Assembly (NCBI GenBank): GCA_002633005.1 | Contig: NMRA01000048.1 | Coordinates: forward strand, 1,225,206-1,289,205 | Direction: 5' to 3' | Length of the DNA stretch: 64,000 nt | Origin: Phoronis australis | Lineage: Eukaryota > Animalia > Phoronida | Shown here: positions 1-13,291 of the stretch, piece after piece | Layout of the letters: each line of letters begins with the position of its first letter | Position numbering within the stretch: position 1 is the first letter of the stretch | Position numbers and translations under genes: made by a program | Notes under the pieces: generated by a model | Database searches by the model: none | Told to the model about the DNA's origin: nothing | The model's input: the letters and a program-made list of their open reading frames with translations, nothing else

Positions 1-891
1 ATCTGTATTCCACTTAACACTATCATACAGTTATTTTCTACTTATTTTTTTCATTTTCATCAAACACTCTTCCTTCAACAGGAATGACTGGAATTTGTTT
101 GAAAAATTTCTAGATTAGACGTAATGATTTATTTTCTAAGCATTGTACTTGTACCATTTGAACCATCAAATTCAAGACTACCCCAGGGATGTATTGAATT
201 AGATGGTTGACTGGGGATTGACCCTTCTTGGTTCTTACATATCTATTACCATTTCACTCTTCAGGTATTGTATCGGTATTACAAATGATGGTCAAACCTG
301 TAAAAGACATAAATAACTTCCATGCAAATGATACTGGTAGAAACTCAAAAATTTCATAATGTAAATAAATGCATCTTTTTACCTAAGTCTTCTCTGATGT
401 GAATTTACACATGCAGATATGCTTGGAAACCATCAGTCAGTTTAGTTTTCATACTAAGGACACTCATCCAGCTTGCATGTGTTAATGCATTACCTGTGAG
501 CAAAGTTTTATAGATGGATAATAGATTCACGTCTTCTCTAAGAGTTAACAAAAATCTACACCAGGCTCTAAATGATTCAGTAACACAACAAATGACTGTG
601 AACAATTACATATCGTAAGTGTTTACTTTTTAGTCAGAAGAATGAATTCATGCAAACTTAAAATTGTGCTGTTGAAAGTTATGTGAGAAAATCGGAACAA
701 TCTGAGGGGCACCAGTTCTCTCTGTATTCTCTCACTGTGGATATTTTGTGGCAGTGTTTCCAGCCAGGGTATAGTGCTACGGTATTGTTATGTACTGTAA
801 GAAATTGTTGTTTTGTTGCTCCAGTGCTGCATATGGGAATGGAAATTCTGTTGCTGCCTGCCTATCTATGAACAAGACTTTGTTTTATATA

Positions 892-2667
892 CCGTAAACG
901 TTCGGGTTAACGCCCATGCTCAGTTAACCCCCCCACCCCCTACTTTAGGTGGATTTTCGATTTAACCGCCCACTGCTTGGTTAAGCGCCCCCCTGCGATT
1001 TTTGAAGATTTCCAGTTGAGCGCCCACCTCTCGGTTAAGCGCCCATCCCCGACTTTTAAAGAATGAAGATTAAGCGCCCAGTGCTAAGGAAATGCACGAT
1101 TCCCCGACTTATAGAAAAAGATCAATGATCACAATGAGCGCAACGACGCCAGGCCTCCGAGACGGTGGTTTAGCAATGTGAATTGCAATTATACAAGTAA
1201 CGAGTTATTGTCTTGGGTCACGGACTCACTTCCCATGTTTGCAAAAAGTTTAAGAACGCCGCCAGCGTCAAAACCTCCGCTTTCAGCGACTTTGTCTGCC
1301 GCGCTGAGTTTTCGTCTGCAGTGCACTTGATAAAACATATATTCGAAAAAATCAGGCCAGAGAAATGAGACAATGGTTAAAAGTATATAGTCACGCCCGT
1401 TTCTGTTACTTAGGACTGTCGCTATTCTCTTTTGATGTGTGACTTTGTAGTGGTGCACGCGCGCAAGTTCCCACACTTTGGAGTGCATGTTACCTTGACA
1501 CCAACATGTGATTGACAGGTGACTCGCACGTAGGCTCTACGCGCGTGCTGAATCCCGCCGCTATCTTTGGCCATAAAAAACGACATGCATATTGAAAGAG
1601 GCCGTTATATTACTTGACGGCATTTCCAAGTCACGATTGTCAGCCGACTGAGACATTGCGCGCTAACAACTGGACCGAACAGTGCCGCAGTGCGATATTG
1701 CAAGTGATATAAATAGGATATTCTGGACATCTTGCATGAAAAATAAATGTTTTTCCACCACGAAGTTTGGTAAGGTGATCGTTTATGAATTGAAACATCG
1801 CTGTTTTGTAGCGTTTTATCACATATTTATGCCGTGGCTCGAAATTTCATTCTTGATTGACGAGTGGCACACGGCCGCTTAACCCAGATTCTTGTCTTGG
1901 GCCTACTTCTTTGCCGAGCATGTTTGGCGCAACGGCAAGTGAGCAATGCCGGGCAGTCGAGATAAAACAGCAAGCCACAGAACCATACGCTGAAAATGTC
2001 ATTGAGTCACGGTGTGTTGACTATAAACATCCCAAACACAAAAAACATCTGAATTAAGGTTTTCAAACTTTTATTACAACCAATTTTAAAACTGCCCTCT
2101 GACTATGAACTTGGCAGCTAGTACGAGACTGTAACCATAAATCTGATGTCTGCTGTGACCTCTGCAACACGAAGCTTGCACGCGCGCACTTTAGCAAGAT
2201 GAAATAGTTGCAATCCAAGTAGAGGCTGCGTGGTCACTGGTCGTCTGCGCTCTACACTACAGGGCTAAATAACAAGACCGCCGGACGGCACGGGGCTATT
2301 ACTCAGCAATTCTGTAAATTTTATAGTGAATAACTAATCTGAGGGCATGATAACCTTTGTTAGGATCATCCGCTGTTATGACATTTTTCCCGTCATGTGG
2401 CGACGTGACGATAACGCTCTTTGAAAAGTGCTACGCGTTCCGAGTAGGCCTACGACTACGTGTGTGGTGTGGGTACTTAAGATCACGAGGTAAGATTAAC
2501 CGCCCAAGGCGCTTGCCTGTCGTAATAAGCGCCCATGTTCGGTTAACCGCCCACCCTGGATTTTTTGAAGTTTCACGTTTAAGCGCCCATGTCTGGTTAA
2601 CCGCCCACCCCCGATTTTTTGGGTTTGCCAATTTAACCGCCCAGGGCGTTAACCCGAACGTTTACGG
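892..2667 (+). mobile_element. Non-autonomous Tc1/mariner-superfamily (Tc2/pogo-like) DNA transposon, family A, copy 1
   Basis: Perfect TIR CCGTAAACGTTCGGGTTAACGCCC ... GGGCGTTAACCCGAACGTTTACGG with TA on both sides; many subterminal TTAA(C/G)CGCCC motifs; homologous to 44113-46569; no transposase ORF. Confidence 0.9.
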
Positions 2668-4302
2668 TACTAAAAGAAAAATTATTCAATTTGAAACAAA
2701 AATAATTTCTAAAATTGCCATTTTTCCGTTTGTCAGAAGCTTACTGCTTTACTACAAATGTTCTATATTTTTACCAAAATAGAATTTGTAGTGTAGGAGT
2801 AAAATTTTATTTATAAAAATCTGCTTTTGTTAAGAAATTTTGCTTTTCCTTCCAGCTGAAGACTGTTTGCCTTCGCACTCATTTCACCGCACTGGTATGG
2901 AATCCAGTGTCTTAGTATGTTATTTGGTGTCCTGCCAGGTACCCAATTATTGATCTGAGTTTTGAATTCTTGTTGGCGCCTCCCTATATTTTGTTGTTCT
3001 GGAGGGAAACTGTTTGACTACCGTAAGATTGATGAACAAGGTCCAAATAGTTGGCCAGAGTGTCCTCGGCTCGTTTTATTGTTTCTTTGTGACCAGAATA
3101 CTTTGTCCAATATGAAGCCCATTCAAAATCAATGACCCAGGAAGTACGAATGTGCAAATTACTGCCTCTGTTCTGAGTTTCAGTGACGTCAGTTGTTTTC
3201 TGTCCTCTTATTTACAATCAAGGTCATCACTTCACCTGGAAGGTGTGCCTTTGATACCTACATCGTTCATAAAATCCTGATGAAGTATCAAGGTGGTTCG
3301 AGATCTCACTGGTCATGTATTATTTACTGGGCACTAAGGTTTCATTCAGGTATTTCAATTTGTTTAAACACATTGGTCATTGGTGTTGTAAGTATTGAAA
3401 CTAGGTCAAACAACTATAAGCATTTTTGATCTGCCTGACCAACTTGAAGTAATTATTAAGCTAAAACTCAGATTGGCTCACCTGTTCACAACTTCACAGT
3501 ACACTACTATCTATGTTAGTTTCATTTCTTCTGTTATATGAAAGTCTGCGAACACATTAGTATTGTTAAATATATCCTTGTTTGCTCTTCAGGTTATGCT
3601 TTAGCATATAGTAGGTAACATTTTGTTGATTGTAATGTGGTGGGTCTGTGAGGGTTTGATTCTGTTCACTGGCATTTATCTTCTCAACAAATTATGTTTT
3701 ATGCCGGAGTTGATATTTCCATTTTAACAGGATGTCAGAAATGTCATAAAATCTCAATCATCTAACAGTGCAAACAGTAGGTAGGTTTTATTGTTTGGTA
3801 AACATGTCAAATGAATATTGACTACGCTTGCGTGCGTGCGTGTGTGACACACGGGGTTGGGCAATTACCCGAGCAGAGGGCGCTTAAACTGAAAAATTTC
3901 AAAAGTCGGGGTGGGTGATTACTCGAGCAGTGGCCACTTACATCCAAATTTTAGACGAACCTGGCAAGCGCGCAGTGTTTTCATTCGAGCATGGAACTTG
4001 TAAGTTCAGTCAAAAAGCAGAACCTGACAACCACAAAGTTTCTCCCGACTCAAACAGAAAGATGATTTCATCTTTGAAAGGGTGATTTCGCGAGATCATT
4101 ACTGAAAACTGAGATGTCTTCAAATATATTAGCGTGCTGCAAAATGTCATACCATGGAGCTTTATGAAACTTGAATGGCAGTCTTCTTACCGTATCAGCA
4201 AATACTGTTTCAGATCAGTGAGCGTGTCTACATTTCGTTTCCTCGATTATAACACAAACAATTCGCTCTTGGCCCAACCTAAACTTTGCAATTGCAACGA
4301 GA

Positions 4303-4353
4303 TGTGTGTGCGTGTGCGTGTGCGTGTGTCTGTGTCTATCTGTATCTATGTGT

Positions 4354-4416
<63 letters not shown>

Positions 4417-4460
4417 TTTGTGTGTGTCGGTGTGTGTGTCTGTGTGTGTGTCTGTGTCTG
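4303..4460. repeat. (GT)n microsatellite, imperfect
   Basis: Long TG run seen directly; it explains the CV-repeat ORFs. Confidence 0.97.
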
Positions 4461-4461
4461 G

Positions 4462-4830
4462 GTGATTAATTGCTCAATTCAAACCTGGGCCGACCCGACC
4501 CGAGATAAATCTAGTAAAATCACATGCTCAGTGTGTGCTGTTATAACCAGATGGAGATGTGATTAATTGCTCAATTCAAACCTGGGCCGACCCGACCCGA
4601 GATAAATCTAGTAAAATCACATGCTCAGTGTGTGCTGTTATAACCAGATGGAGATGTGATTAATTGCTCAATTCAAACCTGGGCCGACGGGACCCGAGAT
4701 AAATCTAGTAAAATCACATGCTCAGTGTGTGCTGTTATAACCAGATGGAGATGTGATGAATTGCTCAATTCGAGTCTGGGTTGACCCGGGAGGTAAATGT
4801 AACAAAATTACGTGCTCCGTGCGTACAACT
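4462..4830. repeat. 97-bp tandem repeat, 3 near-identical copies plus 1 degenerate
   Basis: GAT(T/G)AATTGCTCAATTC at 4464, 4561, 4658 and 4755. Confidence 0.93.
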
Positions 4831-6079
4831 TCACAGTCCGATCGAGGTGATTCCTGAATTATGACTAATCTTGTAGTAGAAAAGCACCAGTCCTAGTATA
4901 ATAATCTACGAGTTGGCCTGTATTAATTTAACAAAAGACCAGTTAATAAGTTTAGGAGAGGTAGTTGCAGCGTTTAAGTTATTCCACAAATGCTCGCTAA
5001 AAATGCACTTTTCAAGACTATCGTGCGTAAGCATACCATGTTTCCACAAACACACAAAAGTTCGAATCCAAGACAAAGTTGCAAACAAGTTGTTTTAGCG
5101 GTAAGTTGGGGATGGGTTGAAATTTGCGCAAAGTGGGATGGGCACTTACATCGAAATTTGGCAAAACTCGGGTGTGGGCGAAGACCCGGGCATGGGCATT
5201 AACCCACGAGTTTACAGTATATGTTGTAACTGAGCTCAGATGAAGATAAGCTGTATTACTAATGTAATTGATTGTTCATTGTATGATTCACTTCAAAATA
5301 ATTTATTATCTCTCTCCAAGTATCTAACTTTTCAATCTATGACAGATTGGAAGTCAGGTTGTAGTCAGCCTACTAGTGTCGTTGTTATAATTCACAGTTT
5401 ATGTGTTAGTTTTTCATCTCATTCTGATGCTTGACAATAGTCGTCCAATTCACACTTGAAACACACTGCTATTACAGTTCATATGTTTGTTTAAAGCGTA
5501 CTTACTGGTAAAATCAAAGGATACTATAGAGATCCTGTTGTTTTATATAGCGTTTATGTTTTCTTGATCAAGATTTGCCTATATAACATTTCCTGAGGAT
5601 TAGAATATTGAACTCAATCAGTCTTGGATGAACTAAGCGACCTTAAGAGAAATGGAATATAAACGTGATAATTGACAAAGATATTTCTATCTTGTCTTGT
5701 CTTTCAGTAATAAGCACATGTATGTGATTATGTCATGGTATTACATCTCATTAAAAATTGTTTCATAATTGATTTTGTTCAGATCTTAATATGCCTTCAG
5801 TTCCAAACAAAGTTGTGATCTTTGTAGTTGATGATGTGTGCCTTAATGCAAATTTTCTTTAGGCACACAATTATTCAGTTTTGTGTTATATTAATTCTTT
5901 ATGTTTTTGCATTCGGCCATTGTCTGCCTAGGAATTTAAATCTGTGTTTTTAATCTGAACATTTTGCTGTTCAAGATGTCTTTTATCATTGAATAACTAA
6001 TTTATGTTTTCTGTTACAGTTGATGGCTTAGTTTAACATTACACCTTGCGTAACTAAAGGAATCGCAGAACAGCTGAAA

Positions 6080-6905
6080 ATGAACGGGTCTACGCTTCCA
6101 CGTGATGAGACTGGACGACACCATTCAGAGGATATGTTGGGTGTTTATAATGAGGCTTACGAGGCCACCGATGACTACATGGATGTGTCGATGGACGACT
6201 CATTCAAATATAATTCTGTGAACGATACTCTGAACACAACGGCGAACAGTCAAAATGAACTTATGACTGCAAATAATGTTGGATTTAGATCAACAGAGAA
6301 TGACAATGCTGACGTTACCTCACCACGTGACTGTGGAATATGTTCCTGTCGACCATCTTTTATCCAGGCACTAGCCAATATTAAAGTATTTTTATTTGTT
6401 GTGTGCATCATATCAATGTTCAATGGATCTCTTTCATCTGGCTACCTGCCTAGTGTGATCACAAGTATTGAGAAGCGCTTTCAGATCGGCAGTACGACGT
6501 CAGGTCTCATTACAGCGTCGTATGAATTCGGCTCAGTGGTTGCCGTAGTGTTTGTGAGCTACTTTGGTGGCAAGCGGTGTATTCCGCGCTGGATCAGCTG
6601 CGGTGTCTTTGTCATGGCAATCGGGTCGCTGTTGTTTACACTACCGCACTTTGTCGGCAATGCTTACAAGTTCAAGTCCTTTGGCAACTTGACAGATCAG
6701 AATGTCTGCCGTGCAAAGCAGACGAATAAAGAGGACGTCATCTCCAACACATTCTGCACGGATGAGAATTCCGGCGACAAGTTGTTTGTGTTTGTCTTCA
6801 TCTTGGCGCAACTTTTCATTGGGGTCGGGTCAACACCTATCTTCACATTGGGCACAACATATGTAGATAATCACGTGACCAAGAAGAAAGCTCCTGCTCT
6901 TGTCG
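6080..6905 (+). CDS. SLCO5A1: Organic anion transporting polypeptide (SLCO5A1-like), coding exon 1
   Basis: OATP N-terminal motifs (SVITSIEKRF, SYEFG, VSYFGG, LGTTYVDNHV); acceptor ttacag ending 6019; donor G|gtaagt, phase 1. All 11 exons splice in frame to 2355 nt (784 aa plus stop). Confidence 0.93.
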
Positions 6906-9424
6906 GTAAGTTGAAGGTTATTTTGTAGCATGATTTTGGGCTTTTTTGCATCTTTTAAAGGAATGTTATTTGAGCTGTTATACAGCTGATGCAGTAAAAT
7001 GTTATCAATTTGGGACACAATATGGCAGACAAAGGATTTTTTATTTTTTCATGCGTTGTGGGAACTCTAAAACTGGAGGGTCCACATGCACATATCTGAT
7101 GTTGTCACTCTGTGCGTGACTATGAACACCTAATGCGAGTACAGCACCCAAAAGAAAACCCGTCTGCAGCTGATAAATACTTCCGTCCTACCCCTTTTTT
7201 GCGGCCAGGCAATGGTTACAAGTGGTGCAAGTTACCCTACAACAAGTTACCCTGCCTCATAATGTGTACTAAGTTGTCATAAGTGGGGTAAGTTGTGTTA
7301 GTTTAAATAGCATCCAGACCACACTCAAACCTAGCCACCACTGAACTCCTTCCAAGAGTATGTATGGTAACTTGTTTTATGGAAAGTCTGTATGTAGTCT
7401 TACAATGCAGGGCAGCGTTTTTATGACCCCTAGTCAAAGAGCTGTTATAGTGTAGAATGTTACTGTGAAGATGTGACTCTGCTCTGAAGATTTTGTATCT
7501 TCTCCTCTGGAGAGGTCACTGATCTTCCAGGGCTGAGCACTGCAAGTTAAAGACATAGTTTCATACTAAAACAACTGCTTTTAAATACAAATGATAGCAC
7601 TGTGTGAATCTGTTGCACAGGGCAGTTTTTGTCCCCACAGCTTGGTGAATTAGAAAAGTCCAGCAGTAATGACCTTATCCCACTTCAGCCAAGTCAAATT
7701 CTGTGAGCAGCCATATGTGATTATATAATCGTCTGTGATGTCAGACCAGGCAGACAGCTGTGTATTGCAATGACTATAGGCAGTCAACCCTCCAAAATTT
7801 TGCTTGCTTCATATGATAATTCCGTTCAACTCCATTTGTTGGCATAACTAAATTGTTTTTTGCCAACAAGATGTAAAGACCAGTGTATCACAAATAATAA
7901 AGCCTAATACAAAATATTACAGTTTTTATTTTTTTTCATTTTCAGCAGTGATTAGGAAGGATATCGTCGTTTAATTTAACCAAATATATAATTGAAATTT
8001 GAGTGGAGGTGGCACTCTCATTGACAGAGTTACAAGAACACTTGAAATGGAAGTCTTTTGAACTTGTTTTATTTAAATTCATGTGTTAATCTGTTGAAAT
8101 AATAATAAATCCTAGGCATCAAGGAATATTACTTGAAGATACCAGTGGACATATTATTTCAGGCGTTCGTTATGGCAAGCTAATTCTGCTATGCTTTGGT
8201 TACTGAGTCATAGAAATCAAAGAACAAATCAGAGGACGATTATGATTTAATCCACAGTTCAAATTAAAATCAAGTGCTTTCAATCGGAATTATATACTTG
8301 GTTTCTACAGTGAAAGACTTTCAAGGCAGTAGAAGGTTACATCTACAGTACATAAGTCAAAACTGAAATAATCTCAGTGCAGTAAATTTGATGTGTAAGT
8401 CAAAATGATCCAATCTTTTACCAAAATAAGTAACTTAAAATGCACAATACTTCAGAACATTTAAGTATTACAAACGTTTTCCAACTACGCAACAAATTTA
8501 CATGATATGAAACTGGATATGCCTAACTACTACCATGGTGACCAGTTGTTTCTTTACATTAGAATTCAGCAAGCATGATTTGAAAAATTAAGTTGCATGG
8601 AAAAAGGATTGGAGACTGGAAGCTTCACAATCCAACATGGCCGATTACTCTAATTAAGAGCCTTTACATTTTGGGCCTTGATATCTTGAATTAAGAAAGC
8701 AAAAAGTTACAACGCATGTGTTAAAAGAACGATTCATATGTAAAATTTAGAAAAATATAAATTATGTTGTGACACATAATCAAACCTTGAAGCGCAATCA
8801 AAACTTTTTCAACTATTTTTAAGCTGAGAGTATGGTCAACTGAATGGGATATTCATTCACACTACAATAATTAGAGTATTCCTTATATTTTTTGCACAAA
8901 AGTATAAACATTGTGCAAAGTTGCTTTTTTGTAACAGCTTTCATCAAAATGTATCAAAATCTTCACCAAGTTCAAAATAGCCGATTGAACATGCCCTTCA
9001 GTTCAGCATAAGTGGCCATGTTGTCGTGCCACCGGAAATGAGACTAAGTCCGACGGGAATTGTGAGCACTTTTATCACTTAATAAGTAACATTTGCTTGG
9101 CTGAAATCCAATGAAAACTATTGAATCGCTTAGAATGATAGGTATAGATTTTTCTCACTAAATTTCATCGTAAATTATTGGTGAAAATAATTTTTTCACA
9201 GTTTTAAACTCGTAACTTATGCCGCTGTTGTCCAAAATGGCCGACCTGATCCAAACAAATGACCCAAATTTCGCCACCAAAATTGCAATAAATTTGCACT
9301 GCTTTATCGATTTTGATAATTTTTCAATTTTTATGGAGTGCGATGCATTACCTTTCCGATTATATTGAAGTATTTTTGCAAATCCAAAAAAACTGGTTGG
9401 ACAGTCCTACTCTTACTGTTCATT

Positions 9425-9705
9425 CAGTCCTGGGGCCCCCCTAAAATTCTCCCAGATACCATTCGACAGTTGGAGGTGCGAATTGCTGGCTAGCATAGCG
9501 TGCACCTCGAAGGCCGAATGCACAATGCATAGGTCTTGAACAAACACCGATAACCTTTTTTTTAAGTAATAAGGTCCACAGACCCAAAAATTCGAGACCC
9601 CCGCATCCCTAAATTTTTGGCTGAGAGCGCGCATGTGGCAAAATTCTGATTATTCCTGTGCCCTGCCCCTCCCCCCCCCAACTCAAAATCCTGGATCCGC
9701 CCCTG
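9425..9705 (+). mobile_element. Short interspersed MITE-like repeat (GGATCCGCCCCTG end)
   Basis: Shares GGGCCCCCC..AAAATTCT and TTATTCCTGTGCCCTG..CTCAAAATCCTG(G/A)ATCCGCCCCT with 52114-52415, and with 26897-27054 in reverse orientation. Confidence 0.7.
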
Positions 9706-9977
9706 CAGCTAGCGATCGACTAGGCTAAAATGCAATGGATTGCAATGACAGGTAACGAGCATCAAGCTATTCAGCACATCCAAGTACAAACATTTATCGG
9801 TATGTTGCAAAAACTGTAATTCAAAAGAATAGCAATCTATTGGCTACTCCTAGCACTAATCCAGTGTTCGTCGATGCTATCCGCCATTTTGAATGTTAGG
9901 TTCAATACTAGCTCAAGGCTCACTAGCTTCTGGAAAGCGACGGCACGTACCGTTTCTAATACTCTCTAAAAGATCAC

Positions 9978-10199
9978 TCATCCTGGTTTACAACTATACT
10001 CGAATCGCAGGCTGTCATTCTCGAAGCAATCCATAGAAATATGTTTGCTACATATTACCGAATACGGCGACGCTCCACGCGTGGACTTCGCAGTCCTCTC
10101 ACTTACGACACAGCCTTGGATCAGAGTGGGAAACTTGTGCAAAGATACCCCAGCCCTTGGCGTATTGCCGCAGCCTCCAACTACACAACGGTCAGGCAT
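9978..10199 (-). pseudogene. THAP-domain remnant, probably from a DNA transposon
   Basis: MPDRCVVGGCGN..SLHKFP..ICSKH fits the C2CH THAP zinc finger; the central W region is degraded and there is no downstream catalytic ORF. Confidence 0.75.
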
Positions 10200-11230
10200 T
10201 TTTCTTCAAATATTCACTCAATTTAAATCTAATTCTAAATTAAAAAAACAAAAGTACTCCTCTTGGCACACAGCAATGGACACTGTGGACGGACTCTGCA
10301 ATGATCAGATCAGGTCCCTACTAACTACTGTAACATGTTTATGGCAACACACAAGACCATGTGCATTTTCAGAGAATTAATGGGCAAAAGTTGCATAATA
10401 AACAGATTCTGTCAAACAGAAAGATTCCATTTGCGCCAGATAGTCCCAACACAAACCTATGGACAGACTCCGCAGTGATTGGGTCACGTTCCTGATGTGA
10501 CTTGTTTCTTGTTTCCGAAGATAGTCAAGTTGAAAATTTTCTGTTCTTAAAATTTTGTGGAGAAGTGGGAGCATGTTTTAAACGAATAATTGAAGAATAT
10601 GGGGTGTGAAATAAAAAGAATTGTGGTTTATAAGCAACCTTTATTAACAGTCAACACATGTGTATGCATATTAACTACAACTAAATAGCTGTGAACTAAT
10701 CACTTTAATGGAGCCAATCAAGATGACTTGATTACTTAAGTTATGTGTCCAAATACTGAACAGTGCATCTTTAACTAGGGTTTCTTAAATTTAGTGTCTG
10801 ATTGTAATGGTGTGGACACCCTTCCTACCTATTTAACCTATTCAGGGCCCATGGCACTGAACAGTGGGAATCTGACTGAAGTCTTAGGACCTATGCTAGT
10901 TTTGCACGTGCAGTTCAAAAGATTTTATGTGAGGAAGATGGCAACTTTGTCTCACTTTCTCAGAGGGTTGGTTGTCAGTGCAAGAAGTTCGACGAGAATG
11001 TCATGGGTTTTGTTGTGTAAAAGTTGTGCAAGCGAACAATGGTGACAATGTGTTTGATTCCTCAAGTTACGTGTGAGCATCGTTGAACAAGGCAGCAGTC
11101 ACTGGGACTTTGAGAACCAGTTTGATGCCTCATTCACAAGATTAAAATGGTTCTCAAAATGCAGGACTCCTGGGCTGACTATTGCCCTTTAAAACAATGA
11201 GCTGAACATTTTTAATACAGATTTAGGTTA

Positions 11231-12757
11231 CCGTATTCGCCGTAATAACCGCCCATGCCCCTATAAACAGCCCCCACGCGTTTTCACACTTTGCTAAAAT
11301 AAGCGCCCAGTCCATGAACGTGCGAAAAATGCCTTACCTATAGTCCTGTAATTCTACAGCAACGTCTTCAATTTATCAATAATATCCGACAGTCCTGAAA
11401 AAAAATCATTGTGTGCAGAATTTGTAGACCACGAGCCTCGACGCTATGTCGGTATTTAGCCATGACTATACACTTCAAACCTCCGCCATGCCTCAAAACG
11501 AACACAAAAGTTCTGCTGATATTGCGAGGACCAATGGTCTGGCCTTTCAGAACAGAAGTAGTGTACTTGTCTACGGGATTACTTTGTAGATATTTCCCGC
11601 TTTCAACAGGAATCCAAATTTCTTTTGTAGGCCTACACATGAAAACCGCGAATTTGAAGACTTACAAAAAGCTTGGTCAGTGTTAAAAGCACGTGGCCAG
11701 GAAGCGCGCACTACATACATGAACGTGTCATCAAAGACATTTGTCGGGAAATATCCATTCATGAAACGGGAAGCATAGCATCGGCAAGAAATGAATATTG
11801 GCAATGATTTCCGACAGTTTCAAATATTATAAAAAATGTTTGCGTTATTTTTAAGATGAATTGTTTGATTAACCATAATTGGTGTTTTAAGCCAAATATC
11901 CGATAAAATGACCACTGACAGTGAATGCTTACAAACCCTTACACCGAAAAATAACTGTCAGATAGTCTTGTATGCCGCATCCAGCCACACGGCGACTAAT
12001 AATTGTTCTTACCTAGACAAATGTCAAACGTTTTTAGCGACATGAGACCAGCAAGTACTGAATGAAACAAGCTCTGGTTTAGGCCTACTGCTAGTGCAAA
12101 TTTCTTTAGATATGATGCACATCTAGCTCGTTAGATTGCATGGCTCTGGCCAAAAGACGGTCTCTGCTCTGGCAAATGAACTCTGATGACACGCACGCGC
12201 TCGCTTGCTCACAAACGCAGACAACTTCAAAACAAACGTCATGTGACAACAACATGTGTGTTCGTCCAGACATTATTCTCAAGTTGCCAATCATACATGT
12301 AGATGGTACGATGTACTAGCATAGATTTGTACTTAAACCTGCCGTGATGCCGACTCCGCGAGAACTTAAAAATCTTAGGGACGCTACTGGGAAAACTTAA
12401 GGAGGATTTCAGGTAATTTGCTTGAGTCGAAACTGTATTTTTATTCAAGCATTCAATTTGCCATATCGACGATTGCGAGGCAGACAGTCGGCGAGTTTTC
12501 GCTGTGGGATTTCAGCACAATTTTCTGTAAAATGATCGTAATTTAGCAGCAAAGTTTGATAGTAATGCACCACGGTTTTGTAGAAAGTCTTTTCATAGAT
12601 TACAGATACGTCACAGAGTGTAAATATAATGAATATTAGCTTCCGATTTCACCCGTTTCGGAGACTGGGTTTCAACGGCCTTGGGTTACAATAAGCGCCC
12701 CCCCCCCCCCGAAACAATCTTTTCTAAGCGCCCTGGCGGTTATTACGGCGAATACGG
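11231..12757 (+). mobile_element. Non-autonomous Tc2/pogo-like DNA transposon, family B, copy 1, with decayed HIRAN-like ORF
   Basis: Perfect 23-bp TIR CCGTATTCGCCGTAATAACCGCC; TA duplication inside a palindromic GGTTAACC target; homologous to 31675-33220. Confidence 0.9.
11400..11655 (-). pseudogene. HIRAN-like domain pseudo-ORF within the family B element
   Basis: Reconstructed IRGFHVYKEIWIP..SNPVDKY..V..GQTIG.PRNISR..FVLRHGG..C.V..YR.S...GLQI resembles the RG(Y/F)HVY..W.P..N..D.YA..VGH.PR..GLEIP pattern I recognise from metazoan HIRAN-like proteins; disrupted by a stop and a frameshift. Confidence 0.65.
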
Positions 12758-12967
12758 TAACCATTTTAGTTAGAGGTTGGTTTATAAAAAATGAAACCTG
12801 TACTTTTTTTGTTGATTCTTTCAGTACCTGGTGGTCGTGATTTTGGGGGAGGTTCTGAAACCAGCATCTGATTACTTACTGTTTGCAATGCACTAATGTT
12901 AAAACAGATCAACATGCTACATTGCTCTTGCTTGTCAGCTTTTACATGTTACTTTCTTCTGCTTCAG

Positions 12968-13291
12968 CCTTTCTATATGCTGCTGCAGCCGTTGGCCCGG
13001 TTGTTGGCTTTGGACTCGGCGCACTCATGCTAGGACTATATGTTGATGTGGTGCCGTTCGGCAAGGATGTGCTGGATGAGCTCACCGAGGAGGACCCCCG
13101 TTGGGTTGGCGCCTGGTGGGGCGGCTTCCTGGTCATAGGCATCGGCTTACTACTGATGGTGACACCTGTGGCCATGTTTCCAAAGACAATTAAATGGGAG
13201 AAGAGTAAGATGCATTTGGAAGAGGAGTTAGAAAAAGATGCGTCTATGGTGCACACAAGTGAGAACACAGCTTACGGCACCTCGGTCAAAG
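12968..13291 (+). CDS. SLCO5A1: SLCO5A1-like coding exon 2, copy a (probably an allelic duplicate)
   Basis: OATP signature DPRWVGAWWGGFL; cag| acceptor and G|gtcagt donor; 324 nt, phase 1-1. Confidence 0.8.

Larger units (their letters stand above)
3855..5217 (-). mobile_element. Degenerate related TIR element (family C), one intact-looking end
   Basis: The right end read on the minus strand is TA-CTGTAAACTCGTGGGTTAATGCCCATG, similar to the family A terminus. GGGCGCTTAA/GGGCACTTA-type subterminal motifs occur at both ends. The left boundary is uncertain. Confidence 0.5.

Noticed and set aside
2855-3780. Candidate 5' UTR exons of the SLCO gene (near 2855-2894 and 3731-3780)
   Set aside because: Plausible AG/GT pairs, but unsupported without transcript data.
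4134-4566. Cys/Val-rich ORFs
   Set aside because: They are translations of the (GT)n microsatellite.
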